From Candidatus Bathyarchaeota archaeon (GTDB lineage Archaea; Thermoproteota; Bathyarchaeia; Bathyarchaeales; Bathycorpusculaceae): a stretch of DNA of 64,000 nt. Below are positions 1 through 10,538 of this stretch, one piece after another. The DNA lies in assembly GCA_963782525.1 (NCBI GenBank), contig CAWAKC010000007.1:160001-224000 (forward strand). The letters run 5' to 3'. Position 1 is the stretch's first letter; each line of letters starts with the position of its first letter. The translations under genes were made by a program, and so were the position numbers. The notes beneath the pieces were generated by a model. The model saw only the letters and a program-made list of their open reading frames with translations. It had not been told where the DNA came from and made no database searches.

Positions 1-156
1 TGTGGGGGTGGTAACAGGAAACCAGAGAATGGCGGTTACGACAGTGATTACCAAAAGAGCTACAAAAGTGTATTGCATCAGACGGGTTTTGGACATTGCA
101 CCAGTTATGTGTGGAGCAGATTTGACAACTAGTTCATTAGTAGATTCATTACTCAT
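1..156 (-). CDS. rnfD: N-terminal part of RnfD/NqrB-family electron transport membrane subunit (runs off window edge)
   Basis: Hand-translated from ATG at 156: MSNESTNELVVKSAPHITGAMSKTRLMQYTFVALLVITVVTAILW...; the SAPHI...M...ALL pattern matches the RnfD N-terminus. Confidence 0.7.
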   Translation of the reverse strand, partial: MSNESTNELVVKSAPHITGAMSKTRLMQYTFVALLVITVVTAILWFPVTTPT

Positions 157-379
157 TTTCGATAACCTTCTTTAAACGAAGAGGTTTATTTCGGTTTAGG
201 CTATTAAGCTTTTTCGCAAAGCAACATTTAGTTAATATCGCTTTTTTTCCAATCTTTACCCAGCTTATCTAACGATTTAGATCGCAGAAGATTTTGCGCG
301 CTAATTTGCAAGGAACAAAAACGGTTCGTTGGGGTAAAGCATAAACCGCCAAACGCAAACTATATTTTGCAGTGGTAGA

Positions 380-832
380 GTGACTGACGCCGAAAACCAA
401 GAACTTCAAGGAATAACATTAAAGGTCTACTTGTATGCCGTCAAAAAAGGCAAGCCCGTTGGACCAAGAGATGTAATGAAGGGAACCAACCTCACTAGCC
501 CCAGTGTCGCTTATCGGCACCTGCAGAAACTTGAAGACTTAGGCTATCTGCAGAAAAATGAGTTTGGAGAATACAAAGTTGACAAAAAAGGTCAGATTAG
601 GGGTTATGTTTGGTTTGGTCGACGTTTATTGCCGAAAATGTGGCTTTATTCTCTGATTTTCACTGTTATTTTGGCTGTGGAAATCTTTGTGTTGATTTTA
701 CATTTTAGAGTAGAAACCTACGAATTCAAAGTTTTCTTCCTTCTTTTGATGCTTGTAACTGGGTTGGCGCTTGCTGTTTTCACCTTGGAAGGCTTTTTGC
801 AGAACAGACGTAAAATCACCGCAAAAGAATAA
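380..832 (+). CDS. winged-helix DNA-binding protein with two C-terminal TM helices
   Basis: GPRDVMKGTNLTSPSVAYRHLQKLEDLG HTH followed by two hydrophobic segments. Confidence 0.75.
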   Translation: MTDAENQELQGITLKVYLYAVKKGKPVGPRDVMKGTNLTSPSVAYRHLQKLEDLGYLQKNEFGEYKVDKKGQIRGYVWFGRRLLPKMWLYSLIFTVILAVEIFVLILHFRVETYEFKVFFLLLMLVTGLALAVFTLEGFLQNRRKITAKE

Positions 833-937
833 TTATTTTGATTCATAATTTTGCTGTGTCTGCAGTTTTTGTGAAAAAGCGAAAAACGAGTTTTTAAGGG
901 GAAGTTTTATATCGCTTTACCAAATCTATTCTCCCCT

Positions 938-2062
938 GTGAATTCAATGAGTTCAATGAATCCAATCACAGCCCCCCTGTTTATGGTTGTTTGGCGGTGT
1001 ACCCGCAACTGTGTGGGCACTTGCACATACTGTAGTTACATCAAAGATTACGCTAAAGATCAAGAGCTGAACACTGCACAAGCTAAACATATGGTTGATG
1101 AAATGGCAGAGTTCGGTTCACAATGGTTTGGAATCAGCGGCGGAGAACCCTTGGTTCGACCTGACATTTGGGAAATTATCGAGTACGCAGAGAAGCAACA
1201 CGGCATGAAAGTCAGCTTGATTACAAGCGGCTTTGCATGGGATGAAGAACGCTTCAACAAACTAACAAAGTATGAAGTTCACACAGCCATCAGCATCGAC
1301 GGGAACAGAGAAACAAACGATATGATTCGCCGAAAAGGCGGCTACGACAAAGCCATCCACGCCATGGAAAAACTTAGCAGCGTTGGCTTACTCGACTGCT
1401 TAGTTACAACCATGACTAAGCACAACATTAAACAGATGGCTCATCCAGCGATGTTGGCGGAAAAATACAAAGCCCGAATGATGGTTTACCATAACCTTGT
1501 ACCAGTAGGTAGAGCAGGTGAAAACATGGAGGAGTTAGCCCCGACAGCCGACCAGTACGAGGAAGCATTCAACGAAATCTACGACATCCAAAGAAAACTC
1601 TACGGCACAGTCAAAGTCAACGTTTACGCACCATTCTATGCTCGCATCGTACGCCAAAAGAATCCAACAGACTTCTGGCAATGGTACAACGAAGGGTACC
1701 TTGGAAAATGCACCATCGGCGGCAACTACATCGGCATCACCGAAAATGGCGACTACCGAAGCTGCGGATTCCACGAAGGCTACCGAGTTGGCAACGTCAA
1801 AGACAAAAAATTAAGCACCGCATGGGCAGAACTACAGAAGAGCGAACTACACCTTAAACTACGCGACAAAAGCAACCTCAAAGGCAGATGCGGAGTCTGC
1901 GAATACCGAGAAATCTGCGGCGGATGCAGAACACGAGCAGAATACTACACTGGCGACCTCTTCGAATCAGACCCAGCATGCAACTACATACCCAAAGTAC
2001 TACGCGAAGACCCTAAAGCCCTCGAAGCACTACGCAAAAACCCAATGGGAAAAGTACAATAA
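938..2062 (+). CDS. radical SAM/SPASM protein (NirJ/AhbC/AhbD/PqqE-like)
   Basis: CVGTCTYC motif, SGGEPL, SIDG, C-terminal CGVCEYREICGGCR...DPAC SPASM cysteines. Confidence 0.9.
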   Translation: MNSMSSMNPITAPLFMVVWRCTRNCVGTCTYCSYIKDYAKDQELNTAQAKHMVDEMAEFGSQWFGISGGEPLVRPDIWEIIEYAEKQHGMKVSLITSGFAWDEERFNKLTKYEVHTAISIDGNRETNDMIRRKGGYDKAIHAMEKLSSVGLLDCLVTTMTKHNIKQMAHPAMLAEKYKARMMVYHNLVPVGRAGENMEELAPTADQYEEAFNEIYDIQRKLYGTVKVNVYAPFYARIVRQKNPTDFWQWYNEGYLGKCTIGGNYIGITENGDYRSCGFHEGYRVGNVKDKKLSTAWAELQKSELHLKLRDKSNLKGRCGVCEYREICGGCRTRAEYYTGDLFESDPACNYIPKVLREDPKALEALRKNPMGKVQ

Positions 2063-2483
2063 ACCAACTCAATTTCTTTACCCAATTTAAACCTCTTTTT
2101 AACTAAAAACGATTCTAAGGAAAGAGCAAAATAAGACCTCAAGAACCAGTTTTCAGAGTTTAGGTTTTTTACCAAAAACCGGCGGTGCATACGACGGCAG
2201 ACATGGCCCAGAACTTGTGGTTCCACAAAAAAACTTCAACATACCCCACACCCACAACCAGCAAAACCAACATACTTGTGGAGAAAAAACCCTCACACCA
2301 CAACCCAACAGCAACCAAAAAACAACCCAAACCAAAAAAGCAAACAAAACCAAAGCCACAAGTGTAGTGTGGCATTTTTAGCCCACCACACCCACATAAA
2401 ACAAAAAAACAGCATGCAACTAAAAATGAGTTCAGACATGCACAAGTAGAAAGGTTATTATTTCTAACAAGTTCACACGTACA

Positions 2484-3260
2484 TTGGAGAATATAATCGT
2501 GCCTTTAGCATTTATTATTGGAACAGCTGGTTCTGGCAAATCTCTTTTTACTGCCGCGTTTGCGGAGTGGCTTAAGATGAGCAAGCAAGATGTTGCGGTG
2601 GTCAACTTGGACCCTGGTGCGTTGAAACTGCCTTATCAACCCGACGTGGATGTCCGCAACTACGTAGAAGTCGGCGATATAATGGAGAAATACGGTTTAG
2701 GTCCAAACGGCGCTTTGGTTATGGCTGCTGACTTAATTGCTGACGAAATAGAAAATTTAACCCGTGACATCGATGAAGCCCACGCCGACATCGTCTTGGT
2801 GGACACGCCTGGGCAGATGGAGTTGTTTGCTTTCCGTGCAAGCGGACCATACATTGTCAACGAATTAACCAAAGAACCCAAAGCACTAATCTACCTCTTC
2901 GACGCAGTTTTCTCCATTAACCCGCTTAACTATGTTTCAAACATGTTCTTGGCAGCGGCAGTCTACAACAGGTTCTTCCAACCTCAGGTTCATCTGCTTT
3001 CAAAAAGCGATTTAATTCCCAAGAAAGATGTGCAAGCAATAGCGAATTGGTCCGCAAACACCAATGCACTCGAAGATGCGATTGAAGAGAAACTTGAGGG
3101 AACAAAACGGCTCTTTAGCCGCAACATGATGCAGGCAATCACCAAGCTGGGCTTACAATTCCATTTGATGCCTATTTCCTCCAAATCGAACGAGGGCATG
3201 GTCAACGTTAACACATTGCTCGAACGTATCCTAAACGAAGGAGAAAAATACACAACTTAA
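2484..3260 (+). CDS. GPN-loop GTPase
   Basis: GTAGSGKS P-loop, NLDPG, LGPNG signature, DTPGQME. Confidence 0.95.
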   Translation: MENIIVPLAFIIGTAGSGKSLFTAAFAEWLKMSKQDVAVVNLDPGALKLPYQPDVDVRNYVEVGDIMEKYGLGPNGALVMAADLIADEIENLTRDIDEAHADIVLVDTPGQMELFAFRASGPYIVNELTKEPKALIYLFDAVFSINPLNYVSNMFLAAAVYNRFFQPQVHLLSKSDLIPKKDVQAIANWSANTNALEDAIEEKLEGTKRLFSRNMMQAITKLGLQFHLMPISSKSNEGMVNVNTLLERILNEGEKYTT

Positions 3261-3892
3261 GCAGCGATTAGTGACCAACTTGCGGCGAAGGCTCCACGTT
3301 TAGCCTTTAATAGTGAGTCGGAGCCTGCGATGATGATTACGTCATTGTCTAGAGGCTTCAACTTCTCAACAAGTAGGTTTGCAGCTTTAGAGTACTGTTG
3401 CTCGATGCAATCGCTGACAGATTCGATTCTTAAGTGACCATCCTTAACAACGATGACCAACGCTTTCCGTGCCCCAGCAATTATGGCTGCATCACGCTGG
3501 TCAATACCCGACCCAACTTTTTCTCCGCTATTTTTCACCAAGAACGCAAAATTAAACTCTGACCCAGCTAACTCTGATTTTGGAATTTCGATTCGTTTCG
3601 GGAAGATTTCTTCGAATTGCCCCCAAACCTCCAAGCCCTTTTTGGTGAGGTTGCAGCCTTCTTTGGACGTTTCAACTAAACCAGCATCCACGAGCCTACT
3701 GATAATCGTGCGCACTGCCCCATCGCCAACATTCAGCTTTTCCGCCAATTTGTTCCTACCCAAAGGTTTCTGCGATAGCAACTCCAAAGCGTAGAAAACG
3801 TGGAATATTGTGAAGCTGGTTGAGGGCCCGGGAGCTTTTTTTCCAGCAATTTGCTGCATAAACTTCTTGAAAGATACCGCCATATTTTGCAC
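3257..3892 (-). CDS. HTH-domain protein (DUF4443-like, putative regulator)
   Basis: LGRNKLAEKLNVGDGAVRTII HTH; GIDQRDAAIIAGA motif. Confidence 0.7.
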   Translation of the reverse strand: MQNMAVSFKKFMQQIAGKKAPGPSTSFTIFHVFYALELLSQKPLGRNKLAEKLNVGDGAVRTIISRLVDAGLVETSKEGCNLTKKGLEVWGQFEEIFPKRIEIPKSELAGSEFNFAFLVKNSGEKVGSGIDQRDAAIIAGARKALVIVVKDGHLRIESVSDCIEQQYSKAANLLVEKLKPLDNDVIIIAGSDSLLKAKRGAFAASWSLIAA

Positions 3893-3943
3893 TGCTTTAG
3901 TTAAGCGCGGCTGGGTTTTTATAATTTATCAAACTAAACCATG

Positions 3944-4321
3944 TTAGTCCTTGTAAGCGATAACAGAAACCTCGACTAAAGCATCGGATTTGAGTTCTGC
4001 ACCAACTGTGGCTCGAGCGGGATAGTCGGTTTCAAAGTATTTGGCATATTCCCAATTAAACTCTTCAAACAGCGACATTGAAGATAGGTAAACGGTGGAT
4101 TGGACTACATCTTTTAGGCTATAGCCAGCAGCTTCCAAAATCGATTTAACATTCTCCATAACTTGATTAGTCTGAGCTTTGAGATCTTTGGCAACTATTT
4201 TTCCTTCTTTGGGGGCAATGGCTAATTGTCCAGAAACAAACAGGAAATTACCCGCTTGCACCGCTTGGCTGTAGGGGCCAATCGGTTTTGGCGCGTTTTG
4301 AGTTATGACGGTTTTTTTCAT
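3944..4321 (-). CDS. ridA: RidA/YjgF family enamine/imine deaminase
   Basis: [23 protein letters not shown] motifs. Confidence 0.93.
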   Translation of the reverse strand: MKKTVITQNAPKPIGPYSQAVQAGNFLFVSGQLAIAPKEGKIVAKDLKAQTNQVMENVKSILEAAGYSLKDVVQSTVYLSSMSLFEEFNWEYAKYFETDYPARATVGAELKSDALVEVSVIAYKD

Positions 4322-4481
4322 TCTATCCCTCTGGTTTCTCTGTTATTTTGAGTTAAAATGGCTTATGCAAACCCGCATTAACCTTATTTCTTATGGATTA
4401 ACTCGGGAATTTGTCGAAAGGCTTTTAAGAAAAACGCAGAGTTACTATGGCTATCACACGATTGAACAGAAGAGAAATTCC

Positions 4482-5660
4482 ATGAAAAAAAACGGAAAAT
4501 ATTTGTTCACATCTGAATCAGTTGGAGAAGGTCACCCAGACAAAGTTGCAGACCAAATATCCGACAGTGTTTTAGATGCAATATTTACAAGCGACCCCAA
4601 AGCAAGAGTTGACTGCGAAACTCTCGTCATGCAGGGAACCGTAATGATTACGGGTCAAATCACCACTTGCTCATACGTCAACATCCCAAAAATTGTACGC
4701 CAAACACTCAAAGAAATCGGCTTCGACAACGCAAAAGACGGCTTAGATTGGGAAACATGCGGCGTTCTAGTTTCATTAACTGAGCAGTCCCCAGACATTT
4801 CCATGGGAGTTACTGAATCTAAAGGTCACGAGCAAGGAGCTGGCGACCAAGGAATGGTTTTCGGCTACGCATCCAACGAGACAAAAGAACTTATGCCCCT
4901 GCCAATTATGCTGGCGCATAAACTTGTTAGACGCTTAGCAGAATGCAGAAAAACAGGCATCATGCCCTACTTGCGCCCTGACTGCAAATCCCAAGTTACA
5001 GTTGAATACGACTGTTGCAAACCAAAATGCGTGAAAACCGTAGTTATTGCTGCACAAAACAATGGAAAAGTCGATGAAAAAACCCTCAAGAGCGATATCA
5101 TCGAGAAAGTAATAAAAAATGTTATACCCGCAGACATGATGGCACCTGACATAAACTATGTCATCAACGGCACAGGCAGATTCGTCATCGGCGGAACCTT
5201 AGCAGACTCGGGTTTAACTGGCAGGAAAATCATCGTTGACACTTACGGTGGAGTTGGAAGCCACGGCGGCGGATGCTTCAGCGGCAAAGACCCCTCAAAA
5301 GTTGATCGTTCAGGCTGCTACATGGCAAGATACATCGCTAAAAATGTCGTTGCCTCAGGTTTAGCTGATCAATGTGAAATACAAATCAGCTATGCCATTG
5401 GAGTTGCCAAACCCATCTCAGTACTCGTAAACACCAACGAAACAGGCAAAATCTCTGACGAGAAAATCTTAGAACTCGTCAACAAATACTTTGACATGAG
5501 ACCTAAAGCAATCATCGACCAACTAAACCTGCTAAGACCCATCTACAAGAAAACAGCGGTTTTCGGCCACTTCGGAAGAGAAGAGGTTGATTTTCCATGG
5601 GAAAAGACCGATAAGGCTGATCAGCTCAAAAAAGAGCTTGAGAAAGCCAAAAAAGCCTGA
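4482..5660 (+). CDS. metK: S-adenosylmethionine synthetase, bacterial/eukaryotic type
   Basis: [28 protein letters not shown] signatures; start moved from track 4305 to ATG 4482 because the extension overlaps ridA and its promoter. Confidence 0.95.
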   Translation: MKKNGKYLFTSESVGEGHPDKVADQISDSVLDAIFTSDPKARVDCETLVMQGTVMITGQITTCSYVNIPKIVRQTLKEIGFDNAKDGLDWETCGVLVSLTEQSPDISMGVTESKGHEQGAGDQGMVFGYASNETKELMPLPIMLAHKLVRRLAECRKTGIMPYLRPDCKSQVTVEYDCCKPKCVKTVVIAAQNNGKVDEKTLKSDIIEKVIKNVIPADMMAPDINYVINGTGRFVIGGTLADSGLTGRKIIVDTYGGVGSHGGGCFSGKDPSKVDRSGCYMARYIAKNVVASGLADQCEIQISYAIGVAKPISVLVNTNETGKISDEKILELVNKYFDMRPKAIIDQLNLLRPIYKKTAVFGHFGREEVDFPWEKTDKADQLKKELEKAKKA

Positions 5661-5692
5661 TTTTTTTATTTTAATTTTTTTTTATTATTTTT
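5661..5692 (+). terminator. oligo-T archaeal terminator after metK
   Basis: Several T runs immediately after the stop codon. Confidence 0.55.
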
Positions 5693-5706
5693 GCGCTTGT
5701 GATCTT

Positions 5707-6870
5707 TTATGGTGCGTTTAGAGAGGGCGCCATTTCTGGCGGCGTAGGTTGAGTCAAGGATTGTTTTGTATGGCGAGTTTTGAAAAGCACCACTATAAGC
5801 GATATAATTGATAACACCAAAGCAGCGATTAACAAAACCAAGTACGTAGGCATGATTACAACGCTTGTTTGAGCGCTCGTTGCACCATTATAATTTCGGT
5901 TTCCCTGCCAAGTCGCTTGGATGGCGACTAAACCGTCCATTGTTGGTGCCCAATTGTACTCAAACCGGCCATCCGCTTGAGTTAACACCGTCCCAACAGT
6001 CGTCCAACCGCTACCATTAATTTCCGTGTGCAAGGTCACATTTTCGTTTGCAACTTGTGGCAGGATTTGGCCGCTTAAAGTGACGTTGTTGTTTTCGAGC
6101 AAAAGTGGCGGAAAAATTTGCAGCGACAAACTGCTCTCGTCAAGTTCCCTCCGACTTGCTGAAACTTGTCCAACAGATGTTTGCTCCATGTTTTCAAGCG
6201 GTATCACCTGGGATGAAATGTTCTGGTATTGGCTGGGGGTTTCGCCGATTCGCCAGCCAGTTCGCCATCCGTTACCTGTACATTCGCCTATGTAATAGGA
6301 GACACCTTGATAGTTGATACTGTAGGTTCCAACCCTTGCCTCTGTCGGAGCACTGCCAAGGTCCACTCCAATTTCCATGTGCTCTTGGGCTTTATAGTAG
6401 AGGAGCACTGTTGGGATTCCACCTGCTTCCAAAATCGAAGCAGCAATGTAAGCAAAGAGGTCACAATCCCCATAACCATTAACCAAAGTTTCAACCGGAT
6501 ACCTGCCTGGAATGACTTCTCGGTAAGTTATTTGGTGCACCAACATCAAAACGCCGTTGGTGAAATCTTCAGTATTGTTGTAAATCTGCCAGAGTTCATC
6601 GGCTATGGGTTTTAGAGTGTTGGGAGTGATGAATTTGGCAAAATCCCCGTTTGAATATAGGGTATGGCTTTGCATTGTGTAGTATTGGTAGAGGGCTTGA
6701 GGGATGGTTACGTTTAACTCGTATGTTAAGCCGCCGTCTGGATGATTGTACAAAAGAAAAGAAACAGTATAATCCGTTGTTTGCGCCTGAGTTTGGCTTA
6801 GCGACGCTAAAGAAAGAATAAACACTACGATTACCGCTACACTTACTGCTTTAAAGTAAGTCCTTCCCAT
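5707..6870 (-). CDS. secreted, C-terminally anchored transglutaminase-like protein with Ig-like domain
   Basis: Signal peptide, GDCDLFA...HMEIG...YYIGECT triad-like pattern, beta-rich domain, C-terminal TM. Confidence 0.7.
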   Translation of the reverse strand: MGRTYFKAVSVAVIVVFILSLASLSQTQAQTTDYTVSFLLYNHPDGGLTYELNVTIPQALYQYYTMQSHTLYSNGDFAKFITPNTLKPIADELWQIYNNTEDFTNGVLMLVHQITYREVIPGRYPVETLVNGYGDCDLFAYIAASILEAGGIPTVLLYYKAQEHMEIGVDLGSAPTEARVGTYSINYQGVSYYIGECTGNGWRTGWRIGETPSQYQNISSQVIPLENMEQTSVGQVSASRRELDESSLSLQIFPPLLLENNNVTLSGQILPQVANENVTLHTEINGSGWTTVGTVLTQADGRFEYNWAPTMDGLVAIQATWQGNRNYNGATSAQTSVVIMPTYLVLLIAALVLSIISLIVVLFKTRHTKQSLTQPTPPEMAPSLNAP

Positions 6871-6929
6871 GATAGTATAGCCAACATGTATTCTCGAAGC
6901 AATAATTCTCTTAAATGGTTATTCCCAAA

Positions 6930-7754
6930 TTATTCGCCAGCAACCTTAATGACTGCGCCACCAGCGGTTTCGATTAAAAGAGCAAGTTCTTTTGCCGCTT
7001 TAGCCAGTTTTTGATTTGGATTTTGCTCTTGGCTTGCCATTATGGTTAGGTGAAGTTCCACATGAGGCTTGTTTTCCGTCCGCATTGGATGAGATTTGAT
7101 GTAGACGCCCAAGTTATCGCTCATAACCCTATCAATTAAAGGTGCTAAACGCGATTCAAAAATGTCATCTGCAAAAATGCTCCTCTCACAGAAAACTCCT
7201 GAACCTACAGCCTGCTTAATCAGCGGCGCTATGGTTTGGTCAAAAATCGCTTCCGTCTCTATTGGCACACCTGGAAGGGCAAACAAAACTGTCCCATCAA
7301 CGTCAACTCGCATGCCTGGAGCAGTACCAATCGGATTAGTGACCACCTCAGTTTTTTCTGGCAGAGTTGCCATTTTAACTCTGGGTGGCGTCAACTCAAT
7401 TTCTGTGGGCAATCCCCGTTTTTTGGCGTACTCCTCAGTTCTTTGTTTGACCATCGCAAGGGCTTTAGAGTTGACTTCTAGTTTGCGGTTTAAAGCTTTG
7501 GCGATGCCTTGGAGGGTTTTGTCGTCGAAAGTTGGTCCTAACCCACCTGTGGTGACTATGAAATGTGGTTTTCGATCTATGGCTTCTTTGATCGAGGTCG
7601 CGATTTCTTCGATGGTGTCTTGAATTACGGTTACTCTTTTGACGTTTGCGCCTAGCTTTGTAGCTTGTTTGGCGAGGTAGTGTGCGTTTGTATCTTTAAC
7701 TTTGCCGATTAGTAGTTCGTTGCCGATGCATATGATTTCAATATCTACCGTCAT
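6930..7754 (-). CDS. CinA-like molybdopterin-binding-domain protein
   Basis: IGNELLIG..DTN, TTGGLGPTFDD, GTAPG, LPGVP. Confidence 0.9.
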   Translation of the reverse strand: MTVDIEIICIGNELLIGKVKDTNAHYLAKQATKLGANVKRVTVIQDTIEEIATSIKEAIDRKPHFIVTTGGLGPTFDDKTLQGIAKALNRKLEVNSKALAMVKQRTEEYAKKRGLPTEIELTPPRVKMATLPEKTEVVTNPIGTAPGMRVDVDGTVLFALPGVPIETEAIFDQTIAPLIKQAVGSGVFCERSIFADDIFESRLAPLIDRVMSDNLGVYIKSHPMRTENKPHVELHLTIMASQEQNPNQKLAKAAKELALLIETAGGAVIKVAGE

Positions 7755-7892
7755 AGTCTTTCCTCGCTGGATTCAAAAAAATAGTGTTGATTTCATTTAT
7801 ACCGTTTGCTTTTTTATTGCCCAAAAGCACATAGCGCTCAACAAACAGAGTCAAGGCTAACGAAAAAGGAGCGTTAACCTTTTTTTGTCATC

Positions 7893-8099
7893 TTATTTTT
7901 TGCTAAGATACCACTTAAGGTATTCTTTTCGGCGGCTTTGTCTAATTTCTTCCTCAGTTTCATCAGCTGGTCTGTTCTTGTCGTGTAAATCGTTGAGTTC
8001 CTGACCTGTACAGGATAACCCGCAACTCTTGCAAACATAATGCTTAGTCAAAGAGATGTATTGTATTTCTCCGCCGCATTCCGGACAGTAATTTACCAT
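7893..8099 (-). CDS. small zinc-ribbon protein
   Basis: CPECGG...CKSCG plus charged helical tail. Confidence 0.75.
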   Translation of the reverse strand: MVNYCPECGGEIQYISLTKHYVCKSCGLSCTGQELNDLHDKNRPADETEEEIRQSRRKEYLKWYLSKK

Positions 8100-8196
8100 T
8101 GTTGGTTTCTCTTTTAGGGTTTGTAAGGAAATCGGTGCAAGGAAGATATTAGTCTTCGCATGAATTCCAACAATTTAGCCCAAAAAGAGATGGATT

Positions 8197-9243
8197 TTAG
8201 ACGTGAGTGTACATTTTGTCGTTGCTGTATTTTCCCGTGTCCATTTCCTGCTCAATTTCCTTTAGGAGCAGAATGCGCTTAAAGGTTGGCGGATGCGTAG
8301 CAAAGAGGCTGTTCATTTGTACCCACGTGGATTTGGATTCTTTCTCCATTGCCAACTCCAACTCCCGCTCGTCCAAAACTCCGTCATGGTCTAAGTCATA
8401 TTCAGCTTTCTTGTCCATGATTTCCGACACTTCCAGTTTTGCTTGACCGGGGTCTTCAATGTAAAACGCCCTAACGCCTTCCGGAGCCTTAGGTGAGATA
8501 GATAAGCCATAAGTTATTTTTGCCAATGCACTTTCCAGTTCCCGCGGCGACCCCGTAACGTAAGCGGAGTAGGCATCTGCATAGTGTTCTCGCAGTCGGC
8601 TAAGCCGCATAACAATCAGGAAAGTGATAATGTAGACGACGAATGAGATTACGCCGATTGCGATTAAGGCGGCACCCGAATTGTCCTTGCTATTTCTGCG
8701 TCCTCCTCCACTGAAGGCACCTGCATACAACGTTATTTGGGCAATATAATAGGCAATCAGCGGCAAAGCTGAAAGCACAGTCATTACGATGTAATCTTTG
8801 TGCTTAATGTGTCCTAGCTCGTGAGCTATGACGCCTTTGACTTCATTTTCATTCAGCTGCCTCAGGAGTCCCTCGTGTACAGCTAATGTTGCGCTGCTGG
8901 TGGTTCTTCCAAAAGTGAATGCGTTAGGTGTGTTGTTTGGTACAGTGGCTAGTCTGGGCATGGGTATGCCGCTTTTGTCCGCTAACGCTTTAACTGTTGA
9001 TTCAAGCCAAGGGTTCTCACCAGGTTGTAAATAATGCAAATGTGTCGTTGCAGCAACAATCGCTGGACCAACCGCATACTGGAACAAGATAAAAAGTGCT
9101 GAGCCGCCTACAGCAATCAGCAATCCAGTAAAAACGTCCAACTGCAGGAAATAAACGATAACGAAAACGAGTAAGCCAAATATGAAGGCAGACAGAAAGA
9201 TGGATGTTGCCATTGCAAACTTGAGTTGGGATAGACTAGCCAA
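8197..9243 (-). CDS. htpX: M48 family zinc metalloprotease HtpX
   Basis: PNAF, HELGH, SRLREHYAD, THPP, TM helices. Confidence 0.93.
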   Translation of the reverse strand: MASLSQLKFAMATSIFLSAFIFGLLVFVIVYFLQLDVFTGLLIAVGGSALFILFQYAVGPAIVAATTHLHYLQPGENPWLESTVKALADKSGIPMPRLATVPNNTPNAFTFGRTTSSATLAVHEGLLRQLNENEVKGVIAHELGHIKHKDYIVMTVLSALPLIAYYIAQITLYAGAFSGGGRRNSKDNSGAALIAIGVISFVVYIITFLIVMRLSRLREHYADAYSAYVTGSPRELESALAKITYGLSISPKAPEGVRAFYIEDPGQAKLEVSEIMDKKAEYDLDHDGVLDERELELAMEKESKSTWVQMNSLFATHPPTFKRILLLKEIEQEMDTGKYSNDKMYTHV

Positions 9244-9348
9244 GCAATTTGCCTCTTGTTGTTTTTCACAATTACAATATTTAGAGAATTAAGTCTTTCC
9301 CAATCAAAATAAAAAATAACAGAAAATTCAAAAAAATAAAAGGAAAAT

Positions 9349-10347
9349 TTAGATGGGGTAAGCTCCGCAGGTTTTGCAGAACTGGATTTTTGTTTTGATG
9401 TAGCTATGGCATTTGGGGCACTGTACGCCGCCTTCAACCTTGGGGAAGACATCTTTGGGTTTGCCGAATTTCTTGCGGAAGACTTCGTAGTAGAGGAGTT
9501 GTTCTTTATCTTGGATTTCAACGTCATCTGCTGCTTTGATTGCCGCCTTCTTCTCATTGAACTCTTTGTCGGTTATCATGTCGTTGAAGTATGTACGCAG
9601 TGTCTCCGTTCCGGTGCCTGCTTCTAGAGGTGCTTTGGGTCTCCAGATTATGTCTTTGGGAATTACGTCTTCGTAGGCTTTACGCAAAATCCATTTGCCG
9701 TATTTTACGCCGTTGTAGATGTTAATCTTGTATTTGATTGGTAACTTCATTGCCCAATCCATAAATTCTGGGTCTCTGTAGGGCGCTTTGATTTGCATTC
9801 CAAGAGATTCTGCCATCGGGAAAGATGAAAAGCCCATTTCAGCCCACATTTCCTGTTGCTTTACTGCAAATTGTTCCTCTGTTAGGTGGAATTGCCATGG
9901 GTAACCGAAAAGTTCGTCTAAGGCGTCGCCAGTGAAAACGGTCTTTATCCCTTTGGGTTTTAGCAGTGTTAAGCCGATGTAGACTGGGAGACTGTTTCGG
10001 ATTTCCATGGGGTCATATTTTTTGAGTGCTTCCACAACTTTGGGGAAGTATTTCATTACGTCCTCTTTGCCGAATTGGTAGGTTTCATGTTTTAGGTGCA
10101 ATAGTTCAACCATTTTTTTGACGTATTCAGTGTCTTTGGGTTGTCCATGTTTGAAAGCTAAGGTAAGGCAGGGGATGTCGGGATTGTATTTGACAGCTTC
10201 GTAGGCGATTATTTGGGTATCGGTTCCAGCGGAGAAAAGGAAGCCATCAGCCATGTTTTTCTTGACGACTTTGTTAACTAATTTTCTAATATCTGGCAAG
10301 AGTTTGTTGACTTCTGACTCATTAATTGTCATTTCTGTCCCTCGCAT
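9349..10347 (-). CDS. asparagine synthase C-terminal (ATP pyrophosphatase) domain protein with C-terminal zinc ribbon; no glutaminase domain
   Basis: FSAGTDT PP-loop variant, TGDALDELFGY, KWILRKA, WRPK, CPKC...CKTCGAYP. Confidence 0.85.
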   Translation of the reverse strand: MRGTEMTINESEVNKLLPDIRKLVNKVVKKNMADGFLFSAGTDTQIIAYEAVKYNPDIPCLTLAFKHGQPKDTEYVKKMVELLHLKHETYQFGKEDVMKYFPKVVEALKKYDPMEIRNSLPVYIGLTLLKPKGIKTVFTGDALDELFGYPWQFHLTEEQFAVKQQEMWAEMGFSSFPMAESLGMQIKAPYRDPEFMDWAMKLPIKYKINIYNGVKYGKWILRKAYEDVIPKDIIWRPKAPLEAGTGTETLRTYFNDMITDKEFNEKKAAIKAADDVEIQDKEQLLYYEVFRKKFGKPKDVFPKVEGGVQCPKCHSYIKTKIQFCKTCGAYPI

Positions 10348-10538
10348 TACAGTGTTTGTCGTTTATGCAGTATTTAAGTTTACTGTATGCATATAAAAGG
10401 CGACAAAATACAAACATCTGTGCTGAAACTGAAAACAATGCTGAACAAACGACTATTTGCCAAACAAAAACGTCCTCACCAACTAAGTTTAAATGCTCAA
10501 AAACAAAACTCATAACCATTAACTGAGGCACATCCTCA

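Noticed and set aside
2153-2375. Three overlapping 60-68 aa ORFs as a RiPP precursor for the upstream SPASM enzyme
   Set aside because: They arise from the low-complexity A/C tract, with no RBS, leader/core pattern, transporter or protease nearby.
4305-4481. 59-aa N-terminal extension of MetK in the track
   Set aside because: It overlaps ridA and the divergent promoter; homology starts at ATG 4482.
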